Assembly (NCBI GenBank): GCA_964016885.1
Contig: OZ024741.1
Coordinates: 224,130,001-224,194,000 of the forward strand
Length of the DNA stretch: 64,000 bases
Reading direction: 5' to 3'
Source: Eledone cirrhosa
Taxonomy: Eukaryota
Part shown: positions 25,633 to 36,650 of the stretch, in pieces
How positions within the stretch are numbered: the first letter of the stretch is position 1
How the letters are laid out: each line of letters opens with the position of its first letter
Translations under genes and position numbers: made by a program
Notes under the pieces: generated by a model
What the model was told of the DNA's origin: nothing
Database searches by the model: none
The model's input: the letters and a program-made list of their open reading frames with translations, nothing else

Positions 25633-26455
25633 AAAGGGTTCTCACTAAAAATGAAAGGCAGGCTGTATGATGCCTGCATACGAACAGCAATGTTGCATGG
25701 CAGTGAGACCTGGGCATTGTGTGCAGAGGATATACGCAGACTGGAGAGGAATGAAGCTTGCATGCTCCGCTGGATGTGTAATAGTAATATACGTGAACGG
25801 CAAAGCATAAACGAACTAAGGGAGAAATTAGGAATAAGAGGGATCAGATGCTGTTTACTCGAGAGAAGACTACGTTGGTACGGTCACGTGATGGTCATGA
25901 AAGACGACAGCTGTATAAAAAAGTGCAGGGCAATAAAAATAGACGGTAGCCACGGAGTAGGCAGACCCAGAAAAACCTAGGACGACTTGATAAATTCCGA
26001 CCTCACACACTTACACCTCTCCAAGACAATGTCACTGGACCGAGATCTTTGGCGATACACAGTAATACAGAAGACCCGCCTTGCCTAAGTACAAAGCGAG
26101 ACCTACAGTCAGTAGGCACCTCTAACAAAATACACCCAGGCCCCACTACCCCCACCCCATCCACACCACCCCTTCCAATGTAAAGTTATGTTGGTGCCAC
26201 AACATCCAGTCCGAAACAAATGAGGGCGTGTAGGTGTCACGAAAAAAAAAACACACAGTCCACGCTGTAATGTGGCCGTGTAGGTAACACGGTAAAAACC
26301 TCCCAGTCCACACTGTGAATGTGGTTGGTGTTAGGAAGGGCATCCAGCCGTAGAAAACCCGCCAGACAGTCCTATACGAGCAAGTCAACCAATCTTGCCT
26401 CAAGTGGGAAAATTCCCGTCCAAACCCATGCTAGCGTGGAAGATGGACGTTAAAC

Positions 26456-26491
<36 letters not shown>
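25633..26491 (+). mobile_element. Young 5'-truncated RTE LINE (ORF C-terminus, 3' UTR, (ATG)n tail) in (TA)n
   Basis: KGRLYDACIRTAMLHGSETWAL..RRLERNEACMLRWMCN..RRLRWYGHV..GRPRKT, with one in-frame TAG at 25978 where W is expected; frame continues to ~26088. Confidence 0.92.
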
Positions 26492-26520
<29 letters not shown>

Positions 26521-26570
26521 AAGATTGAAGAATAACATGGTCGGCTGTACAACAAGGGGCTTTATTTCAA

Positions 26571-26666
26571 GTATTAACAATTGTTTCATTGATCAGGTGA
26601 GTCTAAAGGCTGCTAACCACTCGACCTTAAATACAGTGTTTACCTCTGATCAAATCATCGGAATAC
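26571..26666 (-). ncRNA. Type I hammerhead motif with long helix II and palindromic CAATTG helix III (U4C core variant)
   Basis: Minus strand GTATT-CCGATGA-T-TTGATCAG..49 nt..CTGATCAA-T-GAAA-CAATTG-TT-AATAC, then AATAAA; lies in a ~150-bp unit (26517-26667) between (TA)n runs. Confidence 0.65.
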
Positions 26667-27956
26667 TATATATATCATCATCATCATCATTGTTGTTTTA
26701 ACGTCTGCTTTCCCTGCTAGGAAGATATATATATATGTCTGCCAATCTATCTCTCTATCTACCTATCTGTCTAGCTCTCTATTAACAGAACTATCTATCC
26801 ATCCGGCTATTTATCCCTCTATCATTCTGCCCTCCCCCACATATACACAGTCACACCAATAATATCATACACACACACAATCACACCAATAATATACTGC
26901 CCCCCCCCCCCAGTCACACCAATAATATACCTCCCCCAACTCACACACAGTCACACCAATAATATACCTCTTCCCCACAGTCACACCAATACTATACCTC
27001 CCCACCACCACCAACACCACCATACACTATCATCACAACTGTTGTGATTCTTCCTTTTATCATTTACGATTTTTTTTTTTTTTACATCTGTTCTTCCTGA
27101 TTAAATCTCATCTATTTTCTTTGCAGAGACAAAATCAGAAGAATTTAATAGCTATAGCATGAAACATCATTTATTTGGTGGAAATGTCTTTTGGTATTTT
27201 TTTGGCAGCATGGCAGGATACACCGCTGTTTTGTATTTTTTTATTTTTTTTTTTTATGCAGAAGGAATGGTGGAAACGAAAGAATTTTGAATTTACTTGG
27301 CATCTTTCCTCTGTTTTGGATGACTTTCCCTCCAAAGAACATTTTATTGTCCTTCGTAGGAATCGTTTTTGGGTTGGGTTTATTTTACTTTATTTTTCCA
27401 TGATACAAGATTTTCTGGGTGTTTATTTTCTGCTTTTTGTATGTTTCAAATAAAGTTTTTTTCTTAATTAAACCTTATACAACATTACAACACACACACA
27501 CAGACAAACAAACACACACATACAGACAGAAAGACACACACGCACAGACGCACACATGCACAGACACACACACACACTTACTCATAGACACACACACACA
27601 AACACACAGACACAGACACACACCCATACAAACAGACACACACACACACACTCACTCACAGACACACACACACACATACAGACACACAGAACCACACACA
27701 CACATACACACACCCACATATAAAATGGTTGAAACTTCAATTTAGTGTTCATTAATTGATTTTAATTGAAAGTAGAATAAATTTTTAACCCATGGGTCAA
27801 CATTGTACAATCCCAGCTGGTCAACTAGATGGGATATCAGAATGTAAGCTTAAGAGTGAGTGGCTCATATCCTAGCACCAATGTTACCATGTGTCCATGA
27901 GTTAAACCTTTATCATTTACATTACTCTATATTTACTATTATATTTTCACGGTAAA

Positions 27957-28144
27957 GGGCGGTGGATTGGCAGTATCGGTAGAGGGTCGGATGCCATGCT
28001 TTGCAGCATAGAGTTATGGCCCTTTACGACCTGGGTTCAAATCCTGCCGAGGTTAACTTTGCCTTTCGTCCTTACGTGGTTGATAAAATAAAGTACCAGT
28101 AATGCTCTGGGGTAATTGCTGGCCTTGTGTCAAAAGTAGAAACA
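27957..28144 (+). mobile_element. SINE family B, full length, nested in the piggyBac-type MITE at 27906-28330
   Basis: 16-bp TSD ATATTTTCACGGTAAA at 27941-27956 and 28145-28160. Confidence 0.92.
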
Positions 28145-28516
28145 ATATTTTCACGGTAAACCCTTTACCTCACCTGATTATCTCACATAATATCGAATCT
28201 ATGAGATTTTGATATTATTTATTTTAAGAACAATACCTTAACAACAGTATGAGCAGCTGGTTACAGCTGGTTTCAATAGAAAGAGGTGAGAAAATTCTGG
28301 CCGGATACAGCTGGTTTAAATACTAAAGGGTTAAAACATTTAGTTCCTATTGGCCCAATTTACCTGGCAATAAATAAATAGCATTGGTAGTTACCTGTCA
28401 TTACTTAAATCATTAGGAGTACTACATATATAATGACTGTTTTTTTTATTTGCAGGTTTAAGTTTGGGCTTTACATATGGCTTGCTGTGGATAACAAGAA
28501 ATGTATGTCACATTTA

Positions 28517-28976
28517 TACCGGATATGCTCATATATAAGCCGAGAAATATCTGACAAAAAAAAAAATCGACTTATATTTGAGGTCAATATTTTGCTGCTT
28601 TTAACCAAGTCTAAAAATTTTATGTAAATGTAGTGCTAAAATGTTTTCGCTTTGGAGGTGAATATTATATCAGTTCACTTTCAAGGTGAAATTCGTATTT
28701 CCTATTGTTTTTATGTTTTGAATGAATATGGCCTTCAAAATGTTTGGAAATTGGCAAAAAATCATTATATAATGACAGTTAAAACATTTTAAATATCAAA
28801 ATATTAAAATTTCAAAAATATATTCTCCACTCCTGAGCATTTCAAATCTGCACCATCTAAACATGTGTTGATTACCTGCCTGAGCTTATATATGGGGTTT
28901 GGATTTTCCCCTATTTCTTAGACATAAAATAGGACTTCAGCTTATATTCAGATTGGCTTATATTCGAGTGTATATA
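28517..28976. mobile_element. pogo/Tc2-like MITE
   Basis: Degenerate TIRs TACCGGATATGCTCATATATAAGCCGA / TTGGCTTATATTCGAGTGTATATA. Confidence 0.55.
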
Positions 28977-29289
28977 TACATTTTTGAAATGATGAAATGT
29001 ATATATATGTATATATATATATCATCATTTTTTACGTCTGCTTTTCCCTGCTTGCAAGGATGGGACATATATATATATATATATTCATCATCATCATCAT
29101 CATTTTGTCTGCCTTGGTTTTCCTCTACTGCCATTACCTTCCACTGGGATTTCTTGGCACTTCTTCACCAAATCATTACCATCCATATGCATTACATGTC
29201 CATGCCAGCACAGTCTTCTCTTTTACACACTACATATGATTCTTCACACACAGTTTTTCTCATAGTTAGTGTGCAGGTTGATGAACATT

Positions 29290-30450
29290 AGGACATAATT
29301 CATTATAGTTCTTCAGACCATAACAGAGGAGTTTAAGAATAGTTGTCCATGGGAATTTATGTATACAGAATTAGTCAAAGATTTAGAGAGAAAATTTCAT
29401 ACCTGGAAGCAAAACTTAGAATCAAGAGACTTAAAAGTAAACCTAAGTCTAAAGTTTTAGTTAGCCGGGAAGAAGACAGGACACGACAATTGTCAGAAAA
29501 GTGGCTATGCTTGGTGTACAGAAAAGAAGTGAGTAGGAATTCAATATAGTGTAGCCATTGAAAAGTGGACACACAAAGAGATGTGGGATCATAGACAAGT
29601 TGATAGAGATGGTAGCCTTCATATCTGGTAGAAGAACTTGAGTAGTTAGCAGTAAGAAAACATGTGAAATAATTCCTTCTAAAGGCGACCTACAAGTTGT
29701 CGAGTTGTTATCTAGGAAACCGAATTAGTAATGGAGGCGGAAGTTCCAAAAACATACATACTAAAGTGAGCATAAAGAAGGAAAATGTTTAGAGAGATGT
29801 TTAGTTCAAGGCCAACAATGGTACTTTCTGTTAGTTCAGGGCCAGCAACAGTAGTGTCTGCTAGTTTAGGGCCAGTAATAGTAGTGTCTGCTAGTTCAGG
29901 GCCAGCAATTGAAGTACCTGCATAAAGACATCAGCATTAAGGTTTAAATAGTAGCTGGAATAAGAACTCTGTTGACAACAAAGGGATTTTCTGTATGAGC
30001 AAATGGTAGATAGTTTGATGCTTGCTTGAGAAGTATGATGTTGCATGGCAGTAAGAGACGTGTGATAAATGCAGAGGATATGTGGAGACTGGAGAGAAAT
30101 GAAGCGAATATGCTCCATTGGAAGCGTAATGTTAGCATGCATGAATGATAAGGCATGAATGAACTGAAAGAAGAGCTGAGAGGAATCAGATGTAATGTCC
30201 AAGAGAGAATGTTGCACTGGTATGGATATGTGACGCATATGAATAATGAATGCTAGGAGAATAAGTGCCAGATAATGCCAGTGGAAAGAAGGTGTAATAG
30301 AGGAATACTGAGAAAAAAAAACATGGCAGAAATGGTGAGAGCTGATCTAAAAAACTTTGAACCTCACAGAGAAGATAACAAAAAAATGCTATAAGTGGAA
30401 GGAGACTGTACTGGAAAGGACCCATACAACCCATGCAACTATGGAGATGA
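29290..30450 (+). mobile_element. Heavily decayed RTE LINE
   Basis: KWLCLVYRKEVSRNSI..KWTH cysteine-rich motif; ACLRSMMLHGSK..RLERNEANML. Confidence 0.75.
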
Positions 30451-30752
30451 GGATATAATGTGTATATATATATATATGAATGTATGTATAGTATATTTGG
30501 CAATATACTCTATGTTTAATTAAAAACATTTAGAAGACTATTCGCTATGAGTTTTAAAGTACTGACTATGTCACTTACTTATTCTCAGCAAAAGCAAAGA
30601 AGAGTGATCGACAGACTGTCTGTTTCTTGGTTGTTAGCATTTATCAAGACCACTCAATCCCTTGCTTCTGCCGAGATTTATAGAAGCTGGATTCTTATAG
30701 AATTCCAGTAATATTTAAGAGCTGATTAAACAGAGTGGTTGTTAGTCTAGCA

Positions 30753-30790
<38 letters not shown>

Positions 30791-30817
30791 AAAAGAGTCA
30801 GGAAACTGGCGGCTGAG

Positions 30818-30896
30818 CTCTGGCCATTTCGACAGTTAGATCCGAACTAAGCCACCAGTATTCGAACGGCGGGAATCTAGCTGAACTTATCAAGAG
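30818..30896 (-). ncRNA. Hammerhead-like motif (U3-A8 core, long helix II, defective cleavage site)
   Basis: Minus strand CTC-TTGATAA-G..CAG.TAGATTC..GGATCTA.CTG.C-GAAA-TGGC-CA-GAG; position 16.1 is C instead of U; unit 30789-30965 lies between (TA)n runs. Confidence 0.4.
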
Positions 30897-30997
30897 GTAC
30901 AGTCCATATATGGGCATGCAGTCAAAGCAAAAAAAGCAAAAAGAACCTAAGCAAAAAATCTTAAATATATATATATATATATATAATTGTTTCATAT

Positions 30998-31306
30998 AAT
31001 CGAAAGGTTGTGAGTTCAATTCTCAGACCAGGTGATGTGTTGTTTCCTTGAGCAAGACACTTTATTTCACATTGCTCCAGTTTACTCAGCTGTAGAAATG
31101 AGATGATAGGAACTGGGGTCCATATCATTCCACTGCAAAGTGGTCGTGGAGGTGCCATGGCAAAAAAGCACCCAGCACTCACTGTAAATGAGGTTGGTGT
31201 TAGGAAGGGCATCCAGCTGTAGAAATCAAGCCAGCATCAGTTTCCATCCCACCCTTGCAAGCAGGGAAAAGCGGACGTAAAATGAAATGATGAAATGATG
31301 ATGATG
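30998..31306 (+). mobile_element. SINE family A, 5'-truncated
   Basis: Matches 990-1300. Confidence 0.85.
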
Positions 31307-31513
31307 AATAATATATATATGTATGTCTGTGTATTTATATGTATGTGTATATATATATATAAACGCTTCAAGTACAGGAATATATGACATTTTTTGCGAT
31401 GCATGGTATTGCAGGCTATAGGCAAGTCCCTAGCAGAAATAAAAAGCCTTGTCCATGATACTCATGCTTAAGTATCAAGTAATGGCATTACTCAAAATTG
31501 AGTTGCAGCCATC

Positions 31514-31570
<57 letters not shown>

Positions 31571-32336
31571 TGGCTGTAGAATACTGCCTCAAGAAATCTT
31601 ATTCAGCCTATGCCAGCATTAAAAAAAAAATCACCAAAACAAACAACCATAAAAACGATGATTATAATTTGTAGTACTGATTTACTAGTATTTTTTTTCA
31701 CAAATATTTACAAATTTATCTTTATCTTTTAATTTCTTTACATTAGAAGTGGACATCAGCTACCCCTATGTCTTATGCAAATCTCTGAATTTGTATATCT
31801 ATCCAACTGTGACTAATATAGCACAACACTTATAACTGCAGAAAATAGAGCAGCAAATATTTTCAAAACAGGTATACATGACATAGAATTACGCGTATGT
31901 ACTTATACCAATTTACACTCAGATTCATCTCCATATAACAGTTGTATGTAACATTGACATTCATACACACCAAATACACACGCAAGCACACAATTCTTAC
32001 ATAGTCACATTAACACACGATACATATACAGGCTTATACATACATAACATACAACATATAAACAACACACATATACGGACATAAATATTTTTTGAGTGTT
32101 TCTCTAAAGAAACATGTCTCTATGTTTGTATGTATGTGTGTGTACATGTATTTATATCCATATATGTTTATATCTGTGTATTTATATATATGTGCGTATA
32201 TATATGCTCTCAAATACACACATAAAAAGGATATACAAGTTACATAAGTAGGCATGTATGTATGTATGTATGTATGTATGTATATATGTATGTATATATG
32301 TATGTATGTATATATGTATGTATGTTTGTATGTATG

Positions 32337-32370
<34 letters not shown>

Positions 32371-33857
32371 TGTATGTATGTATGTATGTGAGTGTGAATG
32401 TGTGTCTGTGTGAGACTGTCTGTCTCCTCTCATTGTCAGAAAGCTAGCTTTGACAAAACTGCAATATTTTTTATTCCATCCTGCATCATGTCTTATTCAT
32501 GGTTAAAAAGCAATTCTCCAAAGACTGCAAGTGAAATGTGACTGACCAGACATGTCTGTGATAGCTACGACAGACTTTCAAATTGATGTTAATGTGTATC
32601 TAGCGATTTATCAGGTGTAAACGATGGACAAGCGCTTCACAGCAATTTCTCAGATAGAGGGAGATCAAAGTTTTCGACAGCTGTCTGATGTATGTCATTT
32701 TTGAGGTAGTTTCCTCATTAATAATATTGATGTCTTCTGCACAAAACAGACTCATTTCATTATGCATAATTTAAAATATATATATAAAAAAAATGAGCTA
32801 AGGGAAATAACTCAATGAGGCCAATGACATGAATTTAGATCTACTAAATGACATATGTGACAAAAAAAAACAAAAAAAAAAAAAACAAACTAAAGTGCAC
32901 CACTGATATGAATTGAGATAAATAAGGCAATCTTTTTGATATCAAATCGTCTGAAATCGCCTCTGGTTTTATGATATAAAAAAATGTTTATTTAAGGCTT
33001 TATAATTATTTATACATAATTATTTATACATAATTTTATGCAAGAACCTTTGTTAACCCTTTAGTATTTAAAACTGCCGCCGTACCCAAGCAGAATTCTC
33101 TCACCTCTTTCTGCTTAAACCGGCTGTAACTAGCCACTCATACTGATGGTAAAATAAATAATATCAAAATCTCATTGATTACTTTTAAAATAATTTGAAA
33201 AGTAATCAAGAATTTGGAGGGATTTCGTAATAAAACTAACTGCTACATTATTAAGCTGATGGTGTTCATGGCAGAATTGTTAGAGTATCAGACAATATGC
33301 CACGTGACATTTGTTCCAGCACTTTATATTCTTAGTTCAAATCCCACCAAGGTTAACTTTGCCTTTCATCCTACCAATCAGTTAGTAGAGGTGATTTAAT
33401 TGATTTTCCCCTCCCCTCAGTTTGCTGGCTTTGTGCCTATATCAGAAACAATTATTAAGCTGGTGTTTGATGCATAACTTAATTGATCAAAACAGACTTA
33501 AGTTTGACATTGCTTCACTGATAAGCTCTAATAAGACTAAAACATGTCTGTAATTATCATGAAAATTAATTATGTGAAGTAACCCTATTGATACCACACC
33601 ACCTAAAACTGCCCCTGTTTCTATGATTAAAATTTGTTTACTTAAATTCCTTCCCTTATAATTTTATATATATATATATATATATAGTAATAATAATAAA
33701 TTTGAAGACTAAAATCCAAAGAGTGCTCGATAAGGATAAATATATATCAAATATAAGAACCGTAGAGCAAATATTTATTAAAATAACAGATTAAAGAATC
33801 GCTGCTTTCACCCTTAACGGGATCTTCTGAAACTATATAATTAATATATATATATAT

Positions 33858-34488
33858 ACATGGTGGCTGCCAACTCGTTTTCGAGTACGGCCACTACTTT
33901 ATATCCATGTAGGAGAACCCCTACCGATGCGCTGAACGAGTGTGACTTTTTAGTCCAGCCAGCGACTTGAAAACTCTGGTACAAACACTACACTTGTGAC
34001 AATTACTGACACATAGTGCTGGGCCCATGGTACCATGTGATGACAAGTGCAGAGAGATCTCCAGATACAAAGCAATGCCTGTGCCCTGAAGCTTTTATAG
34101 TGAGCAAAGGCACTGCACAAAGCCAGTCCCACTCTCTTAACCAAGATGATATTTACCAAAAAGAACAACAAGTCAACATCATTGGATACCATCAGGGCTG
34201 CAGGTGTTATATCAGAGTTTTCCTTCTCCTAGAATTCTGCCTTGACAAAGGCTAAGGGGTCATCTCTCCCGGTGATTTTGGATGGCCATTGACTCTTAAG
34301 AGCTCCTTTGCCCTTTGACAGGTTTTGTTTTTAGTCCTGCAGGATGTCCAAAGTCACCCTCCTCACCAAGAAACCTTGGTGGGGTTGCCAGTTTAGTCGC
34401 CAACGACCCGACCATGGGACAGGTTGTACTGGGATACATGTTACCAGTAGCACCAACTGGTGACCTGACACATACATACATACATACA

Positions 34489-34490
<2 letters not shown>
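33858..34490 (-). mobile_element. Apparently full-length (~630 bp) non-autonomous bipartite RTE derivative
   Basis: RTE-like 5' UTR (tctaggagaaggaaaactc) joined to an ORF C-terminus CHKCSVCTRVFKSLAGLKSHTRSAHR* and a short 3' UTR; copies at 48460-48750(-) and 58703-59090(+), all in TA/TACA repeats. Confidence 0.75.
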
Positions 34491-34523
<33 letters not shown>

Positions 34524-34657
34524 TAAATATTTATACTCTGCTATGTATTGAGTACCTTACTTCCTCTGATTGAACACAGGATAAACATATATCATCATCA
34601 TCATCATTTTACGTCCGCTTTTCCCTGCTTGCAAGGGTGGGATAATATATATGTATA

Positions 34658-34921
34658 GCCAGGGAGTGTAACTTGGAGTTACTGTAGGTTTACCCGGGTG
34701 AGCACTCGATGTTTAGGTTCACTTCAGTGTCGAGGTGTAGAGCTATACAGAGTATACACTCTGTATAGCTCTTGTAATGTTACAAGGGGTCTGACGAGCC
34801 GTGGATTACAGAGTCAGGTCAGATCGATACAGATCGAACCTTGAGCTGGTCAGTGGCGAAACGCGCGTCACCAACCAATAAACATAATGAAGGAGTAACC
34901 AATCGTCCTTGTTATCTTAGT

Positions 34922-34925
<4 letters not shown>
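34658..34925 (+). mobile_element. 268-bp ORF-less structured element carrying a hammerhead (solo pLTR or retrozyme-like)
   Basis: CpG-rich, several hairpins, intact hammerhead, AATAAA at 34877; flanked by (TA)n. Confidence 0.7.
34788..34872 (+). ncRNA. Type I hammerhead ribozyme with fully canonical core
   Basis: GGT-CTGACGA-GCC..54 nt..GGC-GAAA-CGCGCG-TC-ACC; predicted cleavage after GUC at 34869. Confidence 0.82.
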
Positions 34926-34969
<44 letters not shown>

Positions 34970-35232
34970 ACAGATTTCTGTAGTGTTCATCAACCAAATT
35001 TCACTCACAAGGTTATAGTAGAAAACACATCATGCCCAAGGTGCTACATAGTAGGTGTAAACTTGAAACCACATGGTTGAGAACTAGACTCCTTAACCAC
35101 ACAACCTTAAATGTACCTATTAATTCTCTTTTTTTATGTTTTTTTTTATTTTTCGGAAATACCCAAAAGACTGTTTTTCTTCACAGCAGCTGTCAAAATA
35201 TCTGGAGTATTCTTCTGGAATATAGAGTTTAA

Positions 35233-35422
35233 CCAGGAAGCATTTAAACCGGCCATATCCGGTCAGAATTCTCTCACTTACCTTAACATAAATCATATTT
35301 ATGTTAAGGTAAGGTTCTCAAAATAAATAATATCAAAATCTCATAGATTTGATATTAAGTGAGATAAAGCCTTTACCATGAAAATATAATAGTAAATATA
35401 GAGTAATGTAAATGTTAAAGGG
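35233..35422. mobile_element. piggyBac-type MITE (reverse orientation)
   Basis: TTAA flanks; homologous to 49042-49259. Confidence 0.75.
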
Positions 35423-35734
35423 TTAAGATATATATATATCTTTACATTACTTTGTTTTATGCGTGTAAAAAACTAGTTGCTGTTTAAACCTCCTTTTTTA
35501 TTTCATTCTTTTTTTCTTAGCTAGAAATTACTGTGTGACCCAATTTTGAATTGTCTACCCCACAGGCTTCAAGATGATGGAACACATGGAGGTGAAACCT
35601 CCATCATCTGCTTGATGGAGTTTGAGTTCTTAATTTCTTTCTCTCTCTCTCCTCCCTTTTCTTTCTCCCTCTCTCACTTTTTTTCTTTCTTCCAGTCCTT
35701 CTCTCTCTCTCTCACTTTTTTTCCTTCTTCCAGT

Positions 35735-35807
<73 letters not shown>

Positions 35808-36001
35808 GACACACACCTGAGATATTTCAGGAATTACTTTCATTGAAAAATGAATATACTCTGGCTGATTAGTTGCAATACTCTTTGAAATTGTTATCAA
35901 GAAATCAAACCAACTCAAAATTGATGCAGGGAAAAAATATATTTGTTCATTTGTTTCAGCCAATTTCTGTTGGTAACCATTTTTATTATTATCAGTATTA
36001 T

Positions 36002-36335
36002 AATTGTTTCCACTTTAGGCACAAGGCCAGCAATTACCCAGTGTATTACTGGTACTTTATTTTATCGACCCCCGTAAGGATGAAAGGCAAAGTTAACCTC
36101 GGCGGGATTTGAACTCAGAATGGCAAGGGCCGTAACTCAATGCATCAAAGCATGGTGGCCGGGCAGTACCGATACTGCCCGGCCACCATGCTTTGATGCA
36201 TTGAGTTACGTCCCTCTACGGTCTGAGTTCAAATCCCGCCGAGGTTCACTTTACCTTTCATCCTTACGGGGTCGATAAAATAAAGTACCAGTAATGCACT
36301 GGGTAATTGCTGGCCTTGTGCCAAAAGTAAAAACA
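36002..36335. mobile_element. Head-to-head fold-back dimer of SINE family B inside one TSD
   Basis: 17-bp TSD ATTATTATCAGTATTAT at 35985-36001 and 36336-36352; perfect 38-bp arms 36131-36168 / 36173-36210. Confidence 0.85.
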
Positions 36336-36365
36336 ATTATTATCAGTATTATTATTATGGTAGTG

Positions 36366-36650
36366 TGGAGGTGCTTGGCCTAGTGGTAAAGGTGTTGTAC
36401 TTACGTCTATAATGTTATTGGTTCGATTCCTTAGTTGGGTTGCATGTTGTATTCTGGAGTAAAACACTTAATTTCACATTACTCCAGTATACTCAGCTGA
36501 ATATGAGTAGCAGCAATAGTTAGGGGTTTAGCCCTGCAATGGACTGGCATCCTGTCCAGGAGGGAATCTTGTACTCTCTGTCTCTTCACACCATGAAACT
36601 GGAATAAGCACCGGCCTAATGAGCCTTAAATGGCTTAAGAGAGACTACTA
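36366..36650 (+). mobile_element. tRNA-derived SINE family D
   Basis: TGGCCTAGTGG A box and GGTTCGATTCC B box; head like family A but a different body (ccctgcaatggactggcatcctgtccagg). Confidence 0.7.

Noticed and set aside
33800-33832. Additional hammerhead on the minus strand (CAGAAGA-T-CCC GTTAA GGG-T-GAAA)
   Set aside because: Core mismatch and no convincing helix I or III
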